Source: Mantamonas sphyraenae STR306 (Eukaryota; Protista; CRuMs). Taken from it: a DNA stretch of 64,000 nt. Every line of letters starts with the position of its first letter. Position 1 is the first letter of the stretch. The stretch covers positions 496,001 to 560,000 of the forward strand of contig JAPMXV010000043.1 in the NCBI GenBank assembly GCA_026936335.1. Reading direction: 5' to 3'. The notes under the pieces were generated by a model that saw only the letters and a list, made by a program, of their open reading frames with translations, was not told the DNA's origin and did no database searches. Of this stretch, positions 25,601-36,545 are shown in pieces. The position numbers were made by a program, and so were the translations under genes.

Positions 25601-26275
25601 TGAACGAACCGCTCCTCGTCCACGTCCCACTGGACGCGCTCGTCGTCGGGAATGCAAGAAAAGTAGGTGTTGTAGGCGTCGTCAATGGCTTCGATGATGG
25701 CGTCTGTGTTGAGGGCACCCAGCTCGAGGCTGCCCTTGCCCTTCATGACCAGAGCGAGCTTGGTCTGGTCGGGAGAAATCACGCTTTGCAGGTCCAGCAG
25801 ATGGAAATTGTGCGACCACTGCACATGGGACCATGGGGACGGGCCAGTTGGACAAGCAGGAGGTGGCAACCATCCAGAGACGGGAAGGTTGCGGATGCAC
25901 AGACAGGTGTGGCGAGGGACAGCAAGGCATAGGGGGGGTCAGTGTTGTGCCAAGGCAAAACGGACACACGAAGACGACGACGACGACCACGCACCTTGTT
26001 GGCCCCTTCCTTCCAGGCGTAGATCCACCACTTGTAGATGACGAGGACACGGACGTCCTTGCCCACCTTCCAGGTGCCCTTCTTGCTGTTGAACTCGGCT
26101 TTGGTGTACTCACCAAGCCAAGAGATGCCCGTCGGATCCAGGCCAAACGTCTGGACCAACTGGCCGCGCCACGATTTCGAGTTGTTGTCGCTCTGTGTGT
26201 GGAGAGTGCAGCCCGTTCCACCATGTGTGAGCGTGTGCGAACGGCGGCGGCATGGTGTGCCATGCAACTGACCAT
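22675..26275 (-). CDS. CARMIL/LRRC16-like protein (PH-like N-terminus, RNI-like LRRs, helical domain, basic CPI-like tail), multi-exon
   Basis: N-terminal RVLVIYKWWIY, TYAAVCDY, LRMNQYFRSVS, LRRs, LTSLQWDGNGC..GF..F..GLQRNQTL..MPLP, tail KPVRRPSKGLKGRRP. Confidence 0.75.
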
Positions 26276-26371
26276 ATGTGTGTGTGTGTGTGGGTGTTTC
26301 TCTGGTTTTGAGAGAGAGTGTTTGTGTGCCTGGATTGGCGCTGATGGTTGATCTGTGGTGTTCATTGTCCA

Positions 26372-28168
26372 TCATCGACGCGTGTGCACAGGAAGGGGCT
26401 GGTACCGCGGTTCGCAGTCCAGAAATCCGTCTCCATCGCCGCACTCCCGCAGCGTTCTGTCTTCCCAGGCGTTGCGATCAATGTTGCGGTTGAGACGAAA
26501 GGATTTGTCTAGAGACTGACCGCCAGGCTTGTGAAGATGGGGGGCGTAGAAGGAGATGCGTGTGAGAATGGCGCGGACAGTGTGGTCGATTTGCGTGAAG
26601 CGTGTGTCAAAGTACTGGTGCCACACGAGGTGCAGGTTCTTGCGCATGGTGGCCAGCAGCTGCGGGTGAGCATCCATGAGTCGGTTTAGATCGTCGAAAA
26701 AGTAGTGCATGCGCCAGATGTCCTTTTCTGGAAGGTGCAGCACCAGGCCGCTGTAGTCGAGCAGATCGTGTTCAAACGGCTGCACGTGGTTGTCCGATAG
26801 GACAACGGGTAACGTGGCACACTTGAAGTATTCGTACAGTCGGTTTGCATGGGCTCCCACTCCCTTGGGGCACAATCCAAACAGCGTGTTTTCCAAGAGG
26901 TCGTGATACTCGTACTTGTCGTACAGCTGAGAGCATGTGCGTGTTATCAAGGGCGAAAGGCGGGTGTTAGAGGCCTTTGCGTATGCACATGTGCGCGTTC
27001 GTCGACTTACCAGCTCGGACAGGCCGCACTTGTGCTTGACAAACTCCGGGGTGCCCGGTGCCCCAAAGTCGCCCGAGTGACACTTGCTCAGGTAGACACC
27101 TTTGAAGGAGCTGCGGTCTTTCTCCAACCACCAGTCGCTCAGATCGTTGCGAATGCGCGTGTTGTGGGACAGGAGCTCGTGCTGGTGGCGCGGCGTTGGC
27201 CGCAAGTACCGTGTTCCCTTGAAGGCCAACAGGTACTTGTTCTCTTCCAGCTTTCCGCGTGCATCCAGGGTCCATTTACGTTGGATACGGTTGTGTGCAC
27301 AGCGCTCTGTGCCCAGGTAGACCCGCGGAGGTGCCCCCCAGTTGGCGTGCACGTCCATGCCCACACGGAACGGTCCCACCACCGCGCTAGGATGTGCTCG
27401 CATTCCCATTTCCAACGGCTCACTGTAGAATCGGTTCTTGTTGTCCCAATCGTTGTACAACAGGTGGTTGCGTCCGTGGTTCCACGACCCGTGGCCGTGC
27501 AGACCGTGCAGAGAGTCCACGTTGATGCCCATCCTGTGTGCCAGCGCGTGTCAGCTGCCCCCCTTACCTCACCTTCACCACCCTCTTTGCTTCCACCGCC
27601 TACCTGTGATGCACATCGTATACAGTGTTGACAAAGGGAAACAGCAGACACGCCTGCGACGCGTCGCGCGTGGAAAACTCGCTTGCGTTGAGATAGTCCA
27701 GCGAACGATCAAACCGCGTATCTCCAGACTCATCTGTAGGAATCCCCATCCCCCCAGACAGATTCTACGTCAGTACGTTGGAGGGCACCCATGCGCAGCT
27801 GTGTCCTTATCTGACAGGGGCGGCCTGGTGAACGCGCGGGCAAAATGGGGCACGCACTCACCTGTCGTGCGAGGGTACACATAGAGGGCAAACTGGGTGG
27901 CTTTCATGCAGCGCGTGACGTCAAATCCAGAGTAGAAGGTGGCGTACTGGGACTTGGCGGCGTCGAGGACCTTGAGAGCCTCGCGGATGCCTTCGTGGAG
28001 AGCTGCGCCGCGGGTTGGGTCTGGCCAGCTCTTGCGGCGCATGCGGCTGTGGGAGGAGGGTGCAGGGTGTCTGGTGCTGACTATCATTTGCATGATGGTG
28101 GTGCCCATGAGGACCATGAGGAGGAGTGCAGCGAGGAGGGACCTCCAGTTTCGAACGGTGGCTGCCAT
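26372..28168 (-). CDS. Exostosin-like GT47 glycosyltransferase A, multi-exon
   Basis: Type II signal anchor; LYVYP, WNHGRNHLLY, FGLCPKGVG..ANRLYE...TLPVVLSD...PFE. Confidence 0.8.
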
Positions 28169-28308
28169 CCGTCGCCCTCCGGGTTTGCAATGGCTGTGCC
28201 AGCGAGAACCGTTTCTCGCTACGGGTTTCCCATGGGGAACCGTGGTTGTGGCTGCTGAGAATCCACCCGTTCTCTGGATGCGCCCCCGTGGCCAACTTCT
28301 TCGTCTCG

Positions 28309-30037
28309 ATGCGAAGGCCACGTCCCACGCGGAATTCACCTGGCACCGGCCCTCTTCTGGTTGTCTTGATAGGCTCTGTGCTTCTCACTGTGATGGTGTA
28401 CATGGGTATGACAAGCCAAAAGGTGCAGGAGGACACGGACATTGCCGTGCTGCGGGCGCGTCTAGAGACACTGTCCCGTGCACGACAGGTGAAGCAGGAG
28501 GAGATCCAGCTGCTGCTGAACAAGTACTCCGCCACAGACATGAGCACCTTTTACAGCAATTTCAATTGGTCTCGTTGCATTCCTGCCCCAGGCAGCACTG
28601 CCTTCCCGAAGCTCCTGCACTTTCCTGGCTTTCCACACCCCTCTGATCCAGACCACGGTACGTGGGCACCACAGAGTGCATGGGGTGTGTTCATCAGACG
28701 AGTGTGAATGCAACTGTGCTCATCCCTCAATCCCCGACCGCACCGATTGCACTCACAGAGATTTTTCCGCGGATGGTTTTCGTAGAGATGTACCTGCGCG
28801 ACGTGGTGGGCGGCCTGGGCAACGAGCAAGAGTCGTGCCTGCGATTCATTGGCACAGACACCCTTTCCAACATCTTTCGCAGGTAAGGAGCGGAGTGTGC
28901 GAGCGTGGGCGTGTGTGTGGAGGCCGTTGGCGGTGACAGCTGACCTCGTCACCACGCAGGAAACACATAGTGCGCCAGGAGGTGGCACAGATGACAGAGA
29001 AGGAACACTGGCAGGGTGGCATGAACTGGATCTTGTACAATGACGGCGACCCGAGCAACTTTTTCTACAAAGAGCTGCAGCGAGGGATCCAGGTGCGGCC
29101 CTCCGCCGTTCTGGGCCACTTTCGCCCCGGGCTGGACATCAACGCGGACTACGGGGCGCCGTACAGCATCATGGACTCGGATCTGCCGCCAAGACAGGAC
29201 GTCCAGTGGAAATGGACGCAGGAGGATGCTCTGGACAAGATGCAGTACCTGGTGGCGTTCAAGGGGACGCGGTACCTGCGCAAGGACTCGGTGGCGTTGG
29301 AGCCCGACGAGAAATTCTACACCAATGCCAGTCCCGTGCGCAACCGCCTTGCCGACTGGTTTCGTAGCCATCGGAGCGCCAACGAGTCGCTGCTGCCTGG
29401 GGTCATGCTCAAGTTTATGTGTGCGGATCTGGAGTTGTCTGTGACCGAGCAAGAGCGAGTGCAGTGTGACTCTGACTACGCGTTCTTTGACATGCTTCAC
29501 AGTGAAATCGAAGGGGCCAAGACGGACTACAAGGAGTACGCGGTCATGTTGAAGCAGTCACTGTTTGGCCTGTCGCCCAAGGGGATCGGCGCCCACGGAT
29601 ACCGCACATACGAGTTGATGCGTGCGGGTACGATGCCCATTCTGCTGAGCGATCGTCATGTGCGTCCCTTTGAACCCGATCTGCTGGATTACTCTGCGCT
29701 GATGATGCATGCGCCCGAGCACGTGGACATGGATGCGCTCGTCGTCATGGCTGACGCCTTTCGTGCCCTCCTTCGAGCACACCCCACTCTGTACCAAGAC
29801 ATTGCACGCAACTTGAGGACAGTGGCCGAACGCTACTTCCACTCCCGGTACGCACACGTGGACAACACCGTCCGCAGCATCGCCGCTCGCCTGTCCTTTA
29901 TGCACCCGCGCCTTCTGGACATCGCCACCACGGGCGCCGACTTTCGCCTGTCCTACGACACCTTCCAAGACAAATGCAAGGATATCAACGCACAGTGCCA
30001 TCTGTACCGCAACGGCCAGCCGGTGGCACAGGGGTGA
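28309..30037 (+). CDS. Exostosin-like GT47 glycosyltransferase B, two introns
   Basis: Signal anchor; WQGGMNWILY, YLVAFKG, SLFGLSPKGIG..YRTYELMRAGTMPILLSD..PFE; clear paralogue of gene A. Confidence 0.82.
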
Positions 30038-30090
30038 GCAGCTTTGGTCTCGCCTGCGCCCACGGACACAAAAAAATAACTGTACATTCC

Positions 30091-31575
30091 ATGACACCCT
30101 CAAAGCCACATGTTTTGATATTGGTTGCCATTGGGGTGACCCTTGTGCTGGTCCAGCATGGCTTGCGTGCAAGTGTGGCGTCCTCACAAGCGCGCGCCCG
30201 CACTCTGGCCACTCTGCGACAGGCGGTGCAGGAGGAGGAAGAAGTGCAGGCCGAGGTGGAACACCTGTTTGGCAACCTATCATCCGTGTCCACCACACAG
30301 CCAGACTACATGGCTTCGTGGCAGACGGCCTGGGAGTACACCCAGTGCCTGACCGTCCCTCCCGCCGACTCAGTCTCCTTTGACTCCCAGCACAAACGAT
30401 GGCGCGTCGACCCACTCCCTGCCCTCCGTGTCTATCTGTACCCTTTGCGAGGCGATGCATACTCACTGCGCTTCCTGCAGTTGCGACAAGCCTTTCAGGC
30501 GCTTGCGGACAGAGGCCGCGTCGAGCTCATGGACGATCCAGCCATGGCATGTCTGCGCGTGCCTGCAATGGATCCCTTCGAGTGGAGCCACAGTCAGGGC
30601 GAGGAGTACCTGGCTTGGATCAGTTCCCAGGCCACGTGGAACAAAGGCCGAAACCACGTGTTCATTGTGCGCCACGACCGCCTGCAGCTGCCATACGACC
30701 ACGCTTGGCTCGTGCGCACCACTGCGTCCATGCCCTATCTCAACTCACGCTCCATGTTTGACCTGGTGTTGCCTCTGCCGCTTGCCCTCGCCGATCCCGA
30801 CGCCGTCACCCTCCTCTCTGCCTCTCTGCCCCGTCCCACCGGCTGCACCTCCAACGGCGGTGTGTCCAGACATTGGAACGCGACTCCCGCTGCTGGTGTT
30901 CAACTCCTCCCACTTCCCTCTCGTCGATGACATGGGCGACAGCCGTAAACAGCTGCGCGTCCGCCTGCGGCGTTTCGCTGCACAGTTTCCAGAGGATGTG
31001 GTCGACGTCCACGACTGCCTTCCCACGACCACTGCTTCACTGCTTCAGGGGAGGTCGCAGAGAACGACGGGCAGCAGAGTGGCGAGGAAGAGGCCTTGCG
31101 ACGATCGCGTCTCATGCAGACGTGTTTTCGTTTGCTTCGCGGTGTGAAAGTCGCCTCATTTGCACTCGTGCACGGCAGCCCCGGCGTGCGTGCCAACGTC
31201 AAGCAAATTCACAACAGCCTACCGTCGCTGGTGGAGTCCATGGGTGCGGGCATGGTGCCCGTCATTCTCAATGATTACTACCCGGACCCGTTGGCCACCT
31301 TTATCCACCCCCAGCGCTACAACCTGCACATTTCTTCCTCTGCACTGGACAGACTCCTGCCTGTGCTGCGACGTCTGGTCTCCAACGCCCCCAAGCGATA
31401 TGCATCCATGCAACGCGTGGGGGCAAAGCTCCACGCTTTGCTCGCGACCCCACACGCCATCACAGAGCTGATCACCACCCATGTTGTGCGTCGTACCATG
31501 CTCTATGGCTTTCGCATTGACATGGTGGGTCGACAAGAGGTGTGGGAACACATGTACACGGATGAGGACGTTTGA
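30091..31575 (+). CDS. Divergent exostosin-like GT47 protein C (needs two very short introns or is frameshifted)
   Basis: Signal anchor; LRVYLYP, DDPAMACLRVP, WNKGRNHVFI, FDLVLP, LVESMGAGMVPVILND; coding sequence spread over three frames. Confidence 0.6.
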
Positions 31576-31694
31576 CGAGAAGAATGAACAGAATTCCTTT
31601 GATGTCTCGACGTCCCACCGCCACAAACTTCCCATGGGCCACAAAAAGTGCAAACTGCGTTAAAAAGTGTGCATTCCACATTGTCTGGTGCGAC

Positions 31695-34600
31695 TCAAAG
31701 CAGTCCAAGCAGGCCCTTCTTCTTGCCACCGCGTTCCTCGAGCCAGGCAATGATCTCCTCAGCCTGCGGATGTGTGGAGGGCACCAGGTTGATGGGCACC
31801 TTGTCGCGGTTTGTGGGCAGGTTGGGTTCGATGCCAAGCTCCTCCACAAAGTATTGCATCATGAGCAGGTTGCCGCTGGCCACACAATGGTGGTAGGGCA
31901 TCCAGCCGTCCGAGTCGGCCTGCATGGTGTCTGCGCCATACTGCAGCAATTCCATGATGACTGCCTGGCTGGCGTGGCCACAGGCCAGGTGCAGCGGGCG
32001 CTTGCCGTCGGCATCCTCCTCGTTGATGAGATCCACGCGTCGGTCGGCAGGCACGGCACTCAGGATGAGCTTGACGGCCTCGAAGCAGTCGTAGCGGCAG
32101 GCCAGGTGCAAGGGCGACTGCGAGCTGTCCTCGCGAAAGATGTCTGCGCCCGACGTGACCAGCGTGACGATGGCTGCGCTAGTGTTGTGCTTGGTGCTGT
32201 TTTCGATGGCCACTTCCAACGGCGTGCAATCGTCCGAGGCACGCTCGGCGTCGACTTCGGCGCCCAGGGCCACAAGCTGCTTCACACACTCGTCGTGGCC
32301 GTACTTGGCGGCGTAGTGCAGCGCCAGGTTGCCACGCGTGTCCTCAGCCTCTGCGTCGCATCCATACTGGATCAACAGCGAGATGACGTTGGGGCGGTTG
32401 TGCAGCACAGCCAAATGCAACGCGGTTCGGCCTTGTGCATCCACAAGCTCGATGTTGGCGTCCTGTTCCACGAGGGAGGCAATGATGTGTTCGTCACCGG
32501 CCATAGCTGCCAGGTGCAGCGGCGCCTCCTGCGCCACGTTGACTGCGTTTACGTCTGCGCCGTGGTTGGCCAGCAGCACCACCGTCTCCCACGACCCACT
32601 CATGACAGCGTGGTGCATGGGCTGCCAACCGCGGCGGTCGCGTGCGTTCACCTTCATGTGGTTGTCCAGGAGGAACTGTGTGACGCCGATCTGGCCAAAG
32701 TGCACGGCCAAGTGCAGCGGTTGCATCTCTTCCGCCGTGCGCAGATCCAGAGGGATGCCCTTCTGGCGCAGCGCCTGCATCATGCCCTTCTCGCCGCGAA
32801 TGGCGAACCTGTGCAGATCTTCAAACTTGGACATGTCCAGCTCCCGTGTGATGGCCTCACGTGCGCTGCCGACCTTGCCCTTGGCCTTGCCGTCGTCGTC
32901 GCCGTCCTTGTCTTTGTCCTCCTCTTCCATGGTGAGTGCCTTGCGGCTGAGCTCCAGGCCGCGGTTGAGCACACGCACCACCTCGTCCATCCACTGATCG
33001 GCTTGCTCCTTCTCCTGTTGCACCGCCTCCTGGGCCTCTTTCTGCTTGCGCAGGCGATTGACATAGTCCGTAAGCTCCTTGTTGGCCTTCTTGTCCATCT
33101 TGGGCAGGGTGAGCTGCTGGCCCAACTGGTCAAACACCTGCAGAAAGGGCAGCTCCTGGATTTCAAAGGGCAGCTTTCGCAGCTGGCGGCGATCGACCAC
33201 GAGGCGAGTCAGCAGCTGCAGCGAGGCCAACTCGGTGGGCAGCTGATCAAACGGGTTGTTGAACAGACTCAGTTCCGTGAGGCTGCTCAGGTTCTCCACA
33301 AAGATGTCCAGTTCGCGGATGCTGTTCTGCTGGATACCCAGCTTCTGCAGGGCACGCAGCGAGTACACTTCGATGTGCAGCGAGGTGAGATTGTTGTCGC
33401 CCAGTTGCAGCTCCTCCAGCGCCGGCAGCTGGCTCAGCACGTCGCTGGGGATCGTGTCCAGTTTGTTGTTGCTGACGTTGAGGTAGCGCAGGCGCGAGAG
33501 GCCGCCCAGAGCCTTGGGCAGCGTGGTAAAGTCGTTGCCCTGCAGGTCGATGTGTTCCAACTTCTTGAGGTTCGCCACCTCGTCGGGCAGCATGGCCAGG
33601 CTGTTGAGGCGCAGTTTGAGGATGCGCAGTTGCGGCAGATCGCACAGATCGCCCGGAAACTCGCGCAGGCGGTTGTCGCTGAGATCCACATTTTCCAGGC
33701 GGTGAAGTTGGCCCACGTCCAATTCCAGGTGCGTAAGCTCCATCGTGTTGAGATCCAAAATGGTCCAGTTTTCGTTGTGTGCGCGCTCCACAAGCAGGGC
33801 CACACGCGGGTTGCTGTTGTACACCGTGCCCTTGCCCGACGACGAGGCCACGGCGGTGGTGCCCGACTTGCTGGCGCTGACCTCGCGCACACGTTCGGCA
33901 AACTCGGCCCGCTTGCCTTCCAAGGCCTGCAGGACGGCGGCGGTGCCCATCTCGGCAGCCTCACGCACTTCGTCGTCCAGGATGTTGTTGCCGTGGAGAG
34001 TGAGCACGCGCAGTTTGCGCAGGTTGGTGAGTTCAAAGGGCACGGCGCGGACCTGGTTGTTGTCCAGGCCCAACACCTCCAGGTTGGTCAGGTATTGCAG
34101 TTCCAGGGGCACATACTGCATCTTGTTTTGTGAGGCCACCAAGCGCTCCAGGGTGGTCATCTGGCCCAAGGTGGAGGGCAGGGCGTCGAGGACGTTGTTG
34201 TGCAGGTGCAACTCGCGCAAGGAGGCCATGTTGGCAATCTGGCGGGGCAGGGTTTCCAACTCGTTGTGGGAGAGGTCGAGCACCTCGAGGAGGGGCAAGG
34301 TGAACGCCACACCTGGCAAACCGGCGGATGTAAGGCGGTTGTAGGCCAGCGAGAGCTCGCGCAGGTAGACCAGGCTGGGCAGGGCCTCGGGCAGCCTGGC
34401 GATTTTGTTGTTGTTCAGGAGCAGGGTGTGGACCTTGCTCATGGACAGGAGATACTGGGGCACCTGGGACAGTTGGTTGTAGCCCAGGTACAGGGTTTCC
34501 AGCTCTTCCTCGATGGGCACCAGAACTCCTTCCTCGGCAGGTTCAAAGATGTCCATGCGGCCGAGGCGGTTCTTGGCCATGCCCAGGGAGTGGAGCTGTG

Positions 34601-36407
34601 GAAGGGTGCACACTTCCTTGGGAAACACCAGAAAGTCGTTGAAACTCAGCTCCAGCGACTCGAGTGAGTCGAGCATGGAAAAGGGCTCTGGAAGCGAGCT
34701 GAGGTGGTTGTGGGTGGCGTCGAGGGTGCGCAGGGCGGTCATGAAACCCATGGTGTCTGGCAGCAAGGTAATCTTGTTGTACGACAAGTCCAGTTGGCGG
34801 AGGTGCACGAGAGACTGGACGCTCTTGGGCAGAGTTTCGAGGTTGTTTGCCGAGATGTTGACTGCAGGGGTCCGCGGGGTGGCAGGTGTGTGTGAGTGAT
34901 GAGGTTTCGTTGGACGGGGTGGGAGGTGTGACGCGGAGGCATGGTCACGTGTTCACTTACGCTGTACGAGGTTGGTCAGCATGCCAATCTGGAAGCTGAG
35001 GTCGTGAAGTTGGTTGCCGTGGACGTCGAGCATGGTGATGCGAGGGATTTTGAAGAGGCCACCCGGAAGTTCCTCGAGATCGCGGTTGGCAAGACTGAGG
35101 CGGTTCCACTGTTCCTTTTCGGCACGCTCGAGGACGTCCTCGTCTGTGTTCATCTGTTGGGTGAGTTCGTCGTAGGCCGCTGTGAGGTAGGTCATGATGG
35201 CAGGGAGGCCACCCTGTTTGACCTTGTTGGGCACATGGCCCAGGGGATTCTTTTCGATAACAAGCTCCTCCAGGTGCTCGCGGACGAGGCAGAGCTCGGG
35301 CGGCAGTTCCTCGAGGCGGTTGGCGCCAAGAAAGAGCTCGCGGATGCTCTTCAGGTGGCCAATTTCGGGCGGAAGGCGCACAAGCTGGTTGTGCCACAGG
35401 CTCAGCGTCTCCAAGTTCTCCAGATTGATGATGGAGTGAGGCAACGAGGAGATTTGGTTGAACGTTGCGGTGAGAGTGTTGAGGCTGCGCAGGTTTCCAA
35501 TCTCACTGCAGAGTTTGCGGGAACACGCGAGGAGGCGAAGCGAGTGTCAGATGCGGTTGGTTGGTGACGAGTGAATGCGGAGACAGCGAGGGCAGAGAGC
35601 AGCAGCGGGCAGCAGCGTAAAAGTGGCAGAGGGCATTTTTTTCCAAGCGGGCGACTTACGAGGGAAGGCGTTTGAGGTAGTTGTGGTCCAGGTGCAGGTC
35701 GCGCAGCTGGCCGAGTTGCTCAATGGCACGTGGAAGCTCCTCGAGACGGTTCTTCCACAGATCGAGGATCTCGAGGTTCTGCAAGCCGGCCATCTCGTCG
35801 GGGAGGTGGGTCAGGCGATTGCCCGGGAGGCGCAACTCGGTGAGGCTTTCAATCTCCACAAGCTCGATGGGGAACTCGGACAGCGAGGCATTTGCCAGGT
35901 TGAGTGTGCGCAGGCTGGTGAGGGCAGCCACTTCGTTGGTGAACTTTTGGATGGGGTTGCCGCGCTGTGGGTAGGAGAGGCCGCAGGAGCGTGGGTCAGT
36001 GACGAGGCAGAAGGAGAGGGCAGGGTCCCGGCGGGCAAACAACGAGGACGGATGGACTCACCAGCTGCAGCTCGACAAGATCGAGGGCAAAGAGCTCCTG
36101 GGGCAAGCGCTGTGGGAGGGCGGGAGGGTGAGCACAGGAGCCGTGTGGGTTGTTTGAAGAGGATGGCGGAGGGCGAAAAGGGGCGGGCATGTGGGCGCAC
36201 AAGTCCTGGAGCTGCGCATGTTGACTTTGGCTGTGGCAGAGGCACGCGAGGGTTACAACGTACACGCAGGTTGCGGAAACTAAGGTCGAGGCGGGTGTCG
36301 TTGGATTCCTGGGCATGGCGGATGATGTCGCCGATGTATGTGGTTGTGGCCCCCTTGTTGATGAGCTCCTGCAGGTCGTCGTGACGATCCACGGCGCTGC
36401 TCGACAT
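31695..36407 (-). CDS. Large LRR + ankyrin-repeat protein, multi-exon
   Basis: Many SHOC2/Roco-type LxxLxLxxNxLxxLP repeats in several blocks; C-terminal PLHLA/ALHYA ankyrin repeats. Confidence 0.85.
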
Positions 36408-36545
36408 GACGATGTGGGTGTGGTTCTTGCTTGGCGGCTTGGTGTGTACAGTGTTTATACAGGAGGGGAGAGAGGGATGCGTGAGCAGAACACACCAGGT
36501 TGGATGAACATGCGCCCGGATGCGCCTCCATCCTCTCTCACTCTC

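Noticed and set aside
31572-34133. 853-aa plus-strand ORF
   Set aside because: Antisense shadow of the LRR-ankyrin gene
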